From the NCBI RefSeq assembly GCF_963921235.1, contig NC_086108.1:55182001-55246000 (forward strand): DNA of 64,000 nt. Reading direction: 5' to 3'. Both the position numbers and the translations under genes were made by a program. The notes under the pieces were generated by a model. That model saw only the letters and a list, made by a program, of their open reading frames with translations. It was not told the origin of the DNA and ran no database searches. The first letter of the stretch is position 1. Each line of letters opens with the position of its first letter. This stretch comes from Mobula hypostoma. Its lineage: Eukaryota. Shown here piece by piece: positions 26,867 through 39,429 of this stretch.

Positions 26867-27320
26867 TTAGCGGAAGTTAGAGAAGTCGATGTTCATGCCA
26901 TCAGGTTGGAGGCTACCCAGACAGAATATAAGGTGTTTTTCCTCCAACCTGAGTGTGGCTTCATCTTTACAGTAGAGGAGGCCATGGATAGACATGTCAG
27001 AATGGGAATGGGATGTGGAATTAAAATGTGTGGCCACTGGGAGATCCTGCTTTCTCTGGCGGACAGAGTGTAGGTGTTCAGCAAAGCGGTCTCCCAGTCT
27101 GCGTCGGGTCTCGCCAATATATAAAAGGCGACATCGGGAGCACGGGATGCAGTATATCACCCCAGCTGGCTCACAGGTGAAGTGTTGCCTCACCTGGAAG
27201 GACTGTTTGGGGCCCTGAATGGTGGTAAGGGAGGAAGTGTAAGGGCATGTGTAGCATTTGTTCTGCTTACACGGATAAGTGCCAGGAGGGAGATCAGTGG
27301 GGAGGAATGGGGGGGACAAA
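26867..27320 (-). CDS. Uninterrupted GIY-YIG endonuclease domain in the inverted arm; probably not expressed
   Basis: CKQNKCYTC...GVIYCIPCSRCRLLYIGETRRRLGDRFAEH...LEEKHLIFCLGSLQPDGMN. Confidence 0.6.
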
Positions 27321-30300
27321 CCATCTCTCACTGCTCCCCATCTGTAATTTCTTCGGCTCTTCAACTTTTCGACCACACTTTGACTCAGACTCCCTATCAC
27401 AGCCATATATCCTTTCTTGGAACGTGCCTCCGTCGCCAACTTACTCCAGTTGGCTTTAGGATTCGTTTCCGAGCCTCTCAATTTGGACCTTCTGAGGATC
27501 CCAGGTATTCACATTTTATTGACTCTGCCTCTCGCCACTTCTCCCGTCAAGCTCTGAAGGCGACTCTCTCCACCATGAGGAGGTACTTGGTGTCCCTATC
27601 CCAGACCCTTCCACACCTTCGGGACACTTTCTTCGCCGTCTGTAATGGTCCTACCCGTTATTTCATCCTCCGTCGGATTCACGCCTGCAATCGCCATTTT
27701 TTTGACTTTGTCATGTTAGGCAAAGATCGCAATATCCTACAGTTACGGACTCCAGAGCCTGCTGGCCATGAAACTAGCAGGCATGAACTTCAGATTGCGG
27801 CCTCTGCCATTGATCTCGGCGGCTCCAACACCTCAGGACATATTCAAAACCCGGACTCCAGCACCGACCATGGACACCTTCAAAGCAATTGCGCAACCAC
27901 CAACTGCGACTCCAGCCTTGAACTCCAGGCCGGGTCTTTATGTGCTGCTGTTGTGACTCCCGTCTCCCCTTCCCCCACCAATACTCTGCAATCCCATCTC
28001 CTTCAGATCCCACCGTCAGCTCCTGGGCCCTCAGAGGCTCCATCTTCCTCTCACCCCAACCCTCCCCTCTCCACTGACACCCCCAGCCTCCCCCGTCCCC
28101 CCTCTGATCCCAGCTCTCATCCGTGCCGGGTCCTTACCATCCCTTCCGACCTTCAACTGTCGGAGGCAGAACGCTCTGTCCTCAGTAAGGTCCTCACCTT
28201 TGTCCCCCTTCGCCCACACCTCAGCGAGTTCCGTGTTCGCCATGATGCGGAACTTTTCTTCCGCCGTCTCCGTCTCCGAGCCTACTTCTTCGGCAAGGAC
28301 TCTTCCACCCCCACCGATGACCCCTTCTCCCGTCTTCAACCCTCCTCTTCTTCATGGACACCCCGCTCTGGTCTTCTGCCTGCTCTGGATCTCTTTATCG
28401 CTAACTGCCGACGGGACATCAACCGTCTCGACTTCACCGCACCTTGTCCCCATTCCAACCTCACTCCTTCGGAACGCTCTGCTCTCCACTCCCTCCGCAC
28501 TAATCCTAACATTATTAAACCCGCCAAAAAGGGGGGTGCTGTTGTAATCTGGCGTACTGACCTCTACCTAGCCGAGGCACAGCGACAACTCGCGGATACC
28601 TCTTCTTATTTACCCCTCGATCGTGACCCCACTAAGGAGCACCAGGCCATTGTCTCCCACACCATCACCGACTTTATCCGCTCAGGGGATCTCCCATCCA
28701 CTGCTACCAACCTTATAGCTCCCACACCTCGCACTTCCTGTTTCTACCTCCTACCCAAGATCCACAAACCTGCCTGTCCTGGCCGATCTATTGTCTCAGC
28801 TTGCTCCTGCCCCACCGAACTCGTTTCTGCATACCCCGACACGGTTTTATCCCCCCTTGTTCAATCCCTTCCTACCTATGTTCATGACACTTCTCATGCT
28901 CTTAAACTTTTCGATGATTTTAAGTTCCTTGGCCCCCACCGCTTCATTTTCACCATGGATGTCCAGTCCCTATATACCTCCATCCCCCATCAGGAAGGTC
29001 TCAAAGCTCTACGCTTCTTTTTGGATTCCAGACCTAATCAGTTCCTCTCTACCACCACTCTGCTCCATCTAGAGGAATTAGTCCTTACTCTTAATAATTT
29101 CTCCTTTGGCTCCTCCCACTTCCTCCAAACTAAAGGTGTAGCTATGGGCACCGGTATGGGTCCTAGCTATGCCTGCCTTTTTGTTGGCTTTGTGGAACAA
29201 TCTATGTTCCGTGCCTATTCTGGTATCTGTCCCCCACTTTTCCTTCGCTACATCGACGACTGCATTGGCGCTGCTTCCTGCATGCATGCAGAGCTCGTTG
29301 ACTTTATTAACTTTGCCTCCAACTTTCACCCTGCCCTCAAGTTTACCTGGTCCATTTCCGACACCTCCCTCCCCTTTCTAGATCTTTCTGTCTCTCTCTC
29401 TGGAGACAGCTTATCCACTGATGTCTACTATAAACCTACTGACTCTCACAGCTATCTGGACTATTCCTCTTCTCACTCTGTATCCTGCAAAAACGCCATC
29501 CCCTTCTCGCAATTCCTCCGTCTCCGCCGCATCTGCTCTCAGGATGAGGCTTTTCATTCTAGGTCGAGGGAGATGTCTTCCTTTTTTAAAGAAAGGGGCT
29601 TCCCTTCCTCCACCATCAACTCTGCTCTTAAACGCATCTCCCCCATTTCACGTACATCTTGTTACGAGAATACACATAAAATTAAGATGTTTGCTGGCCT
29701 GGGCTAGCATCAGTGGCATCAGCAGTTGGTCTGCCACCTGCCCTCAGGGGAAGGAGAGATAAGGAACAATGGAGCAGCGTCTGGAGATGTGTAATGAAGG
29801 GATGTGGGAGAGAGAGCTGTCTGGAGCGGCTCCCCCCCTTTGAACCCTGAACTGTTTGAAGTGATGGACAGGCGATACCCCAGCAGGGGGATAAAAAGGG
29901 ACAGGTTCGCTAAAACAGACACACACGCCACCCGAGGTAACGAGACCCTGGAAGCGGTGCGCCTCTCACGAGTGGGTGAGAAGTGCCAGACAACGACAAG
30001 GGTGGAAAGGTACGATCAGCGGGAACCCGGTGTGTGTCCGCCCTTGCCTGGGTGCCGGGTTCACTGCAGAGGATCGACCGCATCTGGAGGAGGGGTCACA
30101 GTCGGTGACCTCAGGTGACATCACCAAGGACCCGCCCAAATGCTGTTTGTGAGCCATCTCGCTGGTCTGTGAGTGAAGCCGTTCTGAATGATCAGTTGTT
30201 CCTATTCTATGTCTCTCTTCCCCCACCTTGTCCATCGCCATGGCAACGATTACTGCGAACTGAACTACTAACTGGACTGAACTTTGAGTCATTTTGAAAT

Positions 30301-31180
30301 TGGTCATTTACCCCTAGACAACGATAGAGCTTGATTGATGCTGTTATCTTAATGCTGTGCACATGTGTGTTTATCATCACTGAACTGTTGCATTTATTAT
30401 CCTTTCGATTACTGTGTTGCTTGTTTCTTTAATAAAACTTTCTTAGTTCTAGTACTCCAGACTCCAACTGAGTGATCCATTTCTGCTGGTTTGGCAACCC
30501 AGTTACGGGGTACGTAACAATCTGCTCTCACTCCATCCTCCCGCCACCCCACTAGGAATAGGGTTCCCCTGGTCCTCACCTATCACCCCACCAGCCTCCG
30601 GGTCCAACATATTATTCTCCGTAACTTCCGCCACCTCCAACGGGATCAACCACTAAGCACATCTTTCCCTCCCCCCCTCTCTCTGCATTCCGCAGGGATC
30701 GCTCCCTACGCAACTCCCTTGTCCATTCGTCCCCCCTATCCCTTCCCACTGATCTCCCTCCTGGCACTTATCCGTGTAAGCAGAACAAGTGCTACACATG
30801 CCCTTACACTTCCTCCCTTACCACCACTCAGGGCCCCAAACAGTCCTTCCAGGTGAGGCAGCACTTCACCTGTGAGTCGGCTGGGGTGATATACTGCGTC
30901 CGGTGCTCCCGATGTGGCCTTTTATATATTGGCGAGACCTGACACAGACTGGGAGACCGCTTTGCTGAACACCTACGCTCTGTCCGCCAGAGAAAGCAGG
31001 ATCTCCCAGTGGCCACACATTTTAATTCCACATCCCATTCCCATTCTGACATGTCTATCCATGGCCTCCTCTACTGTAAAGATGAAGCCACACTCAGGTT
31101 GGAAGGAACAATACCTTATATTCCGTCTGGGTAGCCTCCAACCTGATGGCATGAACATCGACTTCTCTAACTTCCGTTAA
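27320..31180 (+). pseudogene. Penelope RT-GIY-YIG ORF, interrupted
   Basis: IIKPAKKGGAVV, FYLLPKIHK, TMDVQSLYTSIP, GVAMGT, FLRYIDD, PFLD open to 29659; then the solo LTR, a frameshift near 30648, TGA at 30940-30942 and a frameshift near 31105. Confidence 0.93.
29660..30519 (+). mobile_element. Solo LTR (860 bp, Gypsy-type)
   Basis: TGTTACG...CGTAACA termini; perfect 4-bp TSD ATCT (29656-29659, 30520-30523); AATAAA at 30431. Confidence 0.95.
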
Positions 31181-31468
31181 TGCCCCACCTCCCCCTCGTA
31201 CCCCATCCGTTACTTATTTTTATACACACATTCTTTCTCTCACTCTCCTTTTTCTCCCTCTGTCCCTCTGAATATACCCCTTGCCCATCCTCTGGGTCCC
31301 CACCCCCCTTGTCTTTCTTCCGGGACGTCCTGTCCCATGATTCTCTCGTATCCCTTTTGCCTATCACCTGTCCAGCTCTTGGCTCCATCCCTCCCCCTCC
31401 TGTCTTCTCCTATCATTTTGGATCTCCCCCTCCCCCTCTCAAATCCCTTACTCACTCTTCCTTCAGTT

Positions 31469-31504
31469 AGTCCTGACGAAGGGTCTCGGCCTGAAACGTC
31501 GACT
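31469..31504 (+). ncRNA. Minimal type I hammerhead ribozyme motif (right arm)
   Basis: AGTC-CTGACGA-AGG-GTCTCGG-CCT-GAAA-CGTC-GACT; GUC cleavage triplet. Confidence 0.85.
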
Positions 31505-33494
31505 GCACCTCTTCCTCGGGATGCTGCCTGGCCTGCTGCGTTCACCAGCAACTTTTATATATTATTTGCATCCTATCAATGTACCATTGTAACCTCTGAC
31601 AGCCCTCCACTCTATCCACAACACCCCCAACCTTTGTGTCATCAGCAAATTTACTAACCCATCCCTTCACTTCCTCATCCAGGTTATTTATAAAAAAATC
31701 ACAAAGCGTAGGGGTCCCAGACAGATCCCTGAGGCACACCACTGGTCACCTGCCTCCATGCAGAATATGACCTGTCTACAACCACTCTTTGCCTTCTCTG
31801 GGCAAGCCAGTTCTGGATCCATAAAGCAAGGTCCCCTTGGATCCCATGCCTCCTTACTTTCTCAATAAGTCTTGCATGGGGTACCTTATCAAATGCCTTG
31901 CTAAAATCCATATACACTACATCTACAGCTTTACCTTCATGAATATGTTTAGTCACATCCTCAAAAAAATTCAATCAGGCTCGTAAGGCACAACCTGCCT
32001 TTGACAAAGCCATGCTGACTATTCCTAATCATATTATTCCTCTCTAAATGTTCATAAATCCTGCTTCTCAGGATCTCCTCCATTAACTTACCAACCACTG
32101 AAGTTAGACTCACTGGCCTATAATTTCCTGGGCTATCCCTACTGTCTTTCTTGAAAAAGGGAACAACATGTGCAACACTCCAATCCTCCAGAACTCTTCC
32201 CATCCTCATTGATGATGCAAAGATCATTGCCAGAGGCTCAGCAATTTCCTCCCTCACTTCCCACCGTAGCCTGGGGTACATCCCGTCCAGTCCTGGTGAC
32301 TTATCCAACTTGATGCTTTCCAAAAGCTCCAGCACATCCTCTTCCTTAATATCTACATGCTCAAGCTTTTCAATCCACTGCAAGTCATCCTTACAATCAC
32401 CAAGATCTCTTTCCATAGTGAATACTGAAGCATCTCCCATTTGGCCCTTCCGAAGATACCTATGTCTGCCTGACCTCAACTATCTTAGCATTATCCTAAT
32501 TATTCATCTGGGTGATTTTTCACTGCTGATTCTCTATCTGAAAGCCCCGCAATCATTGCTCCACATTGATTCTTGTCAATTCTTTAATCTCTGGACATCT
32601 TGCTACTGATTTTACTGCACAAAACATTCCCCCTTGATCCATCCCACTTTCCAAAATATCCCCCCTTCCACAGTCATCTCACCTTGTAACTTTACCACTG
32701 ATGCATTTAACTTTCACAGTGGTGCAATTAAATATGCAAATAGTTGTAGCCTAGAAATAATTAGCTACAAAACATTTAGCACAGAGCGAAACAGGGAAAT
32801 CTGTTTGAATTTTTTTGGCTATCTTTGTTTCATGCCTCAATTACCATCTCCTTTCCCCTTGCATCATTGTCCCTTTTGAAATACTCAATCCTACCCTCTA
32901 CCTTATCAACAATCTCCCTGATTGCTTTCTGCTTCCCTCCCGTATATCCTGTCTCTGTACTTGTTTCAAATCTATTGATTCAGAAATGTTATCAGCTAGT
33001 GCAACATTTTTGTCTGTTATATGATAAAATCTTATAAAAACTGATCACGAAATGCAGTTGTGCTCATTGGTGATTAAATTAAATATGCAAAGACACGTAT
33101 TTAATTTCTGTTTTTGTTCTCAAAATGTGAACACTGCTGCCAACAACGGCATGTACGGTCCAGATCTAATCACTCCAAAATGAGGCAAGTCAGTGTCAAT
33201 CACATATAGACTAGACCGGTAAATGATGGTAGATGACAAAATTGGGAAGGGAGTTTTGCCAACATGTAACTGTTAAACCTTTTAACAGTTCTTAAATGTC
33301 TCTAACATGCAAAAGCACTAAAAAAAAATCAAATTCAATTTAAAAGTTTATTAAACATATTTTAAAAGAGTAGAATATTAGGTAAAAATAAAATCAGAAA
33401 TAAACTTAAGCAAATATTTTTAAAGAAAAACTTAACTTTCTCTTTGCTTCCTAAGTTATTGCCCTTCAGACAGCATCAGAACCAATGAGGACCC

Positions 33495-33735
33495 TAGAGA
33501 CACCACAGACTGCAGATGCTGGAATCTGAAGCAACAACCAATTTGCTGTAGAAACTCAGTGGGCTGTGAGGAATCTGTGGGAGGAAAGTTGTGGACATTT
33601 TGTGTTGGAACCCTGCATCAGGACCCCACAGAGGAAAGTTCAGATGCAAGGTTTCAACCTGAAACATCAAAACTCCTTCCCCTCAGGTGCTGCTCAACCT
33701 ACTGAGTTGCTCCTGTAGATTTTTTTTTTGTTGCT
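33495..33735. mobile_element. Old palindromic Penelope-derived insert
   Basis: CTGCAGATGCTGGAATCT start; degenerate CTGATG...GAAA motifs in both orientations. Confidence 0.7.
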
Positions 33736-33969
33736 GAAACTTAATGAGTTTTGGATTCTGTATAGTCAGACTTAGCACTTGATCTGAATGTGATGCCCTA
33801 ATATAAGTATGGAAACAAGTCTTCTGGGTCATCGAGTCTGCGCTGATTATCAACCACCATTTTCACTAATCCTACATCGATCTCACTTTCTATTCTTCCC
33901 ACATACTCCCAACTCTCTCCAGATTCTACCACTCACCTACACACGAGGATCATTTGACACTGGAATGCC

Positions 33970-35147
33970 TTTTCAGAAAGCCTTTGATAAGGTCCCACAT
34001 AGGAGATTAGTGGGCAAAATTAGGACACATGGTATTGGGGGCAGAGTACTGACAAGGATTGAAAATTGGCTGGCTGACAGAAAACAAAGAGTAGCGATTA
34101 ACGGGTCCCTTTCCAAGTGGCGGGCAGTGACCAGTGGGGTACCGCAGGGTTCAGTGCTGGGACCGCAGCTGTTTACAATATATATTAATGATTTAGATGA
34201 GGGAATTAAAAGTAACATTAGCAAATTTGCCGATGACACAAAGCTGGGTGGCAGTGTGAAATGTAAGGAGGATGTTATAAGAATGCAGGGTGACTCGGAC
34301 AGGCTGGGTGAGTGGGCAGATGCATGGCAGATGCGGTTTCATGTGGCTAAATGTGAGGTTATCCACTTTGGTGGTAAGAACGGGAAGGCAGATTATTATC
34401 TAAATGGAGTCGTTAGGAAAAGGGGAAGCATGACGAGATCTAGGTGTTCTTGTACATCAGTCACTGAACGCAAGCATGCAAGTACAGCAGGCAGTGAAGA
34501 AAGCTAATGGCATGCTGGCCTTCATAACAATTGAGTATAAGAGCAAAGAGGTCCTTCTGCAGCTGTACAGGGCCCTGGTGAGACCACACCTGGAGTACTG
34601 TGTGCAGTTTTGGTCTCCAAATTTGAGGAAGGACATTCTTGCTGTTGAGGGAGTGCAGCATAGGTTCACAAGGTTAATTCCCGGGATGGCGGGACTGTCA
34701 TATGTCGAAAGATTGGAGCGACTGGGCTTGTATACTCTGGAATTTAGAAGGCTGAGAGGGGATCTTATTGAAACATATAAGATTATTAAGGGATTGGACA
34801 TGCTGGAAGCAGGAAGCATGTTCCCGCTGATGGATGAGTCCAGAACCAGAGGCCACAGTTTAAGAATTAGGGGTAGGCCATTTAGAACAGAGTTGAGTAA
34901 AAACTTTTTCACCCAGAGAGTGGTGGATGTATGGAATGCTCTGCCCCAGAAGGCTGTGGAGGCCAAGTCTCTGGATGCTTTCAAGAAAGAGATGGATAGA
35001 GCTCTTAAAGATAGCGGAATTGAAGGTTATGGGGATAAGGCAGGAACTGGATACTGATTGTGGATGATCAGCCATGATCACAGTGAATGGCAGTGCTGGC
35101 TCAAAGGGCCGAATGGCCTACTCCTGCACCTATTGTCTATTGTCTAT
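33970..35147 (+). mobile_element. Young 5'-truncated CR1
   Basis: Long RT ORFs 33809..34507 and 34476..35057; (TATTGTC)n tail. Confidence 0.97.
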
Positions 35148-35162
35148 AATACATTGATCTGA

Positions 35163-35465
35163 AAGTATGGAAACAAGTCTTTTGGGTCATCGAGTCTGTG
35201 CTGATTATCAACCACCATTTTCACTAATCCCACATTGATCCCACTTTTTATTCTTCCCACATACTCCCAACTCTCTTCAGATTCTACCACTCACCTACAC
35301 ACAAGGAACATTTGACAGTGGAATGCCTTTGGAGTGAAACCGACACTTGGAGGAAACCGAAGCACCTGGGGGAAATCCATTTGGTACAGGGAGAATGTGA
35401 AAGCTGCATATAGGAAGCACATTGATCCAGAGTGAATCTGCGAGGTCTGCCACTATTCCACCAAC
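35163..35465 (-). mobile_element. V-SINE/HE1-like SINE
   Basis: GGAGGAAACCGAAGCACCTGGGGGAAATCCA...CAGGGAGAATGTG matches the reverse complement of the V-SINE core. Confidence 0.7.
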
Positions 35466-37517
35466 AAGAATAGACTTGCTGCTGATCTTTGGGTGAACTG
35501 AGATACAGATTGTAAAGGATCAAATGATGTAGAACCCTTGTAAGTAAAGTAACTAAAAGAATAAAAATAGCCTGTTGCGAATTATATATAGACTTCTGAT
35601 AGTAGGCACAATGTGGGATATGAACTACATCTGGAGAGAAAAAACAGGCATGAAAGAAAAATAATGTTACAATGGTCATGGAGGACTTCAATATGCAGGT
35701 AGTCTGGGAAAGTCAGGTTGGCAAAGATTCCCAAGAGAGAAAAAAAAATCTGTAGAATGCCAATGAGATGGCATTTTAGAGCAGCTTGTGGTTGAGCCCA
35801 TTATGTAAAATGTAATTCTGGTTTTGGTGTTGTGCAATTAACTAGATTTGATTAGAGACTTAAGGCAAAGGAACCTTTATGAGGTCATGGCCGTAAAATG
35901 TTAGAATCTACCCTGCAGTTTGAGCATGAGAAACTAAGAACAAGTGTATAGGCATTACAGTTGAGTGAAGGCAACTACACAGACCTAAGAGAGGAGCTGG
36001 CTGAAGTTGGAAGGGGATGAAGGTGGAACAGCAATGGCTGGAGCTTCTGGGGGTAATTCCAAAGACTCATGATAATTTTATCCCAAAGAAAAAGGAACTT
36101 TCTAAAGGGAGGATGAGACAACTGTTACTGACAAAAAAAGTTAAATACTGCATAAAAGCAAAAGAATAGGCAAAAATATTGCAAAAAGTTAGTGGATTGG
36201 GAAGCTTTTATAAAACAACAGAAGGCAACCAAAAGAAGTAATAATGGGAGAAAGAACAAAATATGAATTTCAATCAACTAACAATATAAAAGAGGACACC
36301 AAAAGTTTTTTCAGATATGTAAAGAGAGGCAAGCTTGGACATTGGACCAAAGCAACAGCATCTGCAGGTTTTCTCATGTTGTTTGGACATTAGACCACTG
36401 GACAATGACGTTGAAGAAGTAGTAAACGGGAACAAAAAAATTGCAGAAGAACTGAAAAAATTTTTTGTATTGGTCTTCACTGTGGAAGACACCAACAAGT
36501 CAGATATTGAAGAGAGTCAGGGGTAGAAAGGAGAATAGTTACTATTACTAAGGAGAAAAAGCTTGGGAAGCCAAAAGGTCTGAAGTCACCTGGACCAGAT
36601 AGACCACTTCAGGATTCTGAAAGAGGTAGCTAAAGAGATTGTGGAGGCACTAGTAGTGACTTTTGATTGGCAAAGAGTTGGGAACAGTTTCAGAGGACTG
36701 GAAAATTGTGAATACTACTCTACTCTTTAAGAAGGAGGGAGGCAAGAGACAAAACCTTATAAGCTGATGAGCTTGATACCAGTGGTTGGTAAGATTTTAG
36801 GGCCCATTCTTAAGCGTGAGGATTTATGGTACTTGGAAGCAAGTGATAAATTTGAGCAAACTCAGCATGGTTTCCTGAAGAGGAGATCTTGCCTGAGATA
36901 TCTGTTGAATTATTTGAAGAAATAACAGTCAGGCTAGACAAATGAGAGTCAATGGGTGTTGCTTACTGCGATTTTTAATAGCCCTGTGGCAAGGTATTGC
37001 ATACAAGGCTGCTAAACAAGATAAGAGCCCATGGCATTACAGGAAAGATACTAGCATGAATAGAAGATTGGGTAACTGGCAGAAGGCAAAAAGAGGAAAT
37101 AAGGGAGCCCTTGTCTGTGGTTGGCTGCCAGTGACTAGTGGTGTTCCACAGGGATTGGTGGATTTGTGGAAGATATAAAGATAGGTGGAAGATTTGTGGA
37201 AGATATAAAGATAGTTGGGGGACAGGCAATGTTGAAGAAGTAGGGAGTCTGCTGAAGGACGGACAGGTTGGGAGAATGAGCAAGAAGGGGTAGATGGAAT
37301 ACCGTTTTAGAAAAGTGTGTGGTCATGCACTTTGGTTGAAGAACTAAAGGCTTAGACTACTTTCTAAATGGGGAGAGAATTCAGAAATTGGAGGTGTAAA
37401 AGGGGCTTGGGAGTCCTAGTGCAGAATTCCCTAAAGGTTGAATTGCTAGTAAGGAAGGCAAGGGCAACACTAGCACTCATTATGAGAGGACTGGAATATA
37501 AAAGCAAAGGATGTAAC

Positions 37518-37968
37518 TGTGGGAGTTGCAGTAAGGCAAGGGTTAAAATAATACAGTATCTGGCAAGGATAGAGTGCAGAGAGCCCAGGGAAGAAAGATC
37601 TTCTAAGAGCATAGGTTACTTTTGCACACCAGGGGTCTGCACACAAGATGTGCAATCTAAGTCACACACACCAACTACGAGACAATTGTTTTACTAGGTT
37701 CAAATGATCAGCTGTTGTCAGCTTGTAGTTTCTATTGTGAATGGTGATTGTTTTGGCAAGTAAGACATTTAAACATACGTATTTCACCACTTCTACAACT
37801 GCTAGTCAATTCTGTATAAAAATGGCATTTCTCTGTTCATAATTCAGATCAGTGTGGTGACAGGGGCCAGGCTGTTCTCCTTGTGCACAAGTAAATTAAA
37901 GTGTGGTTGAGTCCTATGAGTGCATGTGATCTAGGTCCAGTTATTTTATTTTATTATTGGCGACAACA
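37518..37968 (+). repeat. ERV 5' LTR
   Basis: CAGTAAGGCAAGGGTTAAAATAAT...TATAAAAATG...GTTATTTTATTTTATTAT...AACA, shared with the 3' LTR. Confidence 0.88.
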
Positions 37969-39429
37969 GTTCCACTGAGATGGCTAACTCTTGATGTCAT
38001 TATATGGGAGAAAAGAATTCAACTCCAGTAGCTAAATCCTAGGCTGCTCATATTTGAGTAAGGGACTGAGTCTGGTGCTAGAATGCAAATTTCCTCTTGT
38101 ATGGGGTAGTCAAGAGACATTAACAGCTTAGTTGCTGACATAGGAAAGCTGGAGCATTAAAAGATGGGTGCCCTGATCTGGCTCAGGTCCTGCAGGAAGC
38201 ACAGGACAAAGGGTTGGGTCCCGCAGGAAGTGCAGGAAAATTAACTCTGGTCCTGATTGGGTCCTGCAGGAAGCACAGGAAGAAGCTGCCATGATTCAGG
38301 GTGGTTCATGTGCAAAGTTACCCTGGTCCAGGTCACGTCACGCAGGAAGCATAGAAAAAGTTGCCTTGTCCAGGTCGAGTCCAACAAGAAGCACAGGAAA
38401 CTTTCAGTAAGTGTGTGGTTAAAAAAGGGAAATTCTGAAATGTGTGTGCTTGTGTACGTATTTATATGCACCCTGATTGTGTATGTGCAAATGGTGGCGT
38501 GAAAGTCTCCTGTCCCCAGACCTCTGAAGGATTCCAATAGTGTGCATCATAGACCAGAAAGCATTACATATGTTGAGAGGTATGCTGTATGGAGGAATGG
38601 ACTAAATGAGTGTCTGTTGGCACGTTGTTAGAAAAAGGAAAATGTGCGAAGACTTGTGGCCTGTGTTTGTTCAATGCAGGAGTGAAATACAAAAATGGTC
38701 AGATGAATTCTGTAAAAAAAAAAGCAGAGGAAGTGAGTTTAAAAGAAGTAAGAGACACAGAAAGGACAGGCAAAGGATAATAGTGTCTACCTCAGTGTTT
38801 GAAAAGAAACATTTGGCACCAGGTTCTAAGGGTGAACTAGATGACTATAACTTGCTGTACCCTGTCTTCTTCGGGCACGGTTTCAATAAAGCCGAGGCAT
38901 TTCTTGAGTATTCAGTGAGGCCTGTGTTCCCAATAGTAATGTAGGAGATCGGAGACAGAGGGGTGCAGAGTGGATGAGACATATGTTGATTTGAGTGTAC
39001 CTTGAACTGATCTAGTCGGAGCTCTAAGAAAATTGTTTCTTCACACTGTATATTGGCACAAAATACATAGGGTCGTACAAAAGATGTCAGCTGGCACTTT
39101 ACAAGCTTAAGTGTCATTTTCTTTGGTTTTACCTCCTGATCTGATATTGGGAAAAATGCTAGTGGATATGCAGTATGTGTACCTCATATGACAGCCGAGG
39201 TGTCACAGCTACCATCCCTCCTGTTCTGCTCAAGCAACTGATCTTTTTTGCATAATTGAAAGGCTGTATCCTTGCAACCAGTACCACAGCGAGTATTTGT
39301 CTAGACTCTGGAATTGCCTTAGACCTGGAGTCCACAGATCCCTTGCTTAATAGTATTAATCCATGTCATGGAAAAGGTTGGGAACCCCGCCTTAGAAATA
39401 GAATATGACAATAGACAATTATGGAAACT

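Larger units (their letters stand above)
26440..31564 (+). mobile_element. Penelope-like retroelement with inverted terminal arrangement
   Basis: Perfect 14-bp TSD TTTGCATCCTATCA (26426-26439, 31565-31578); ~26484-27320 is an inverted copy of ~30726-31557; RT plus GIY-YIG. Confidence 0.97.
24950..32430 (-). mobile_element. CR1 LINE hosting the solo LTR (25409-26111) and the Penelope element (26440-31564)
   Basis: Tail CATAGAAA repeats at ~24950; LYRTLVRPHLKYCAQF; RT ORFs 31542..32479; sequence is collinear once the inserts are removed. Confidence 0.95.

Noticed and set aside
27182..29707. 841-aa ORF as an intact gene
   Set aside because: Chimeric: the start lies in the inverted arm and the end in the solo LTR; the body is Penelope RT
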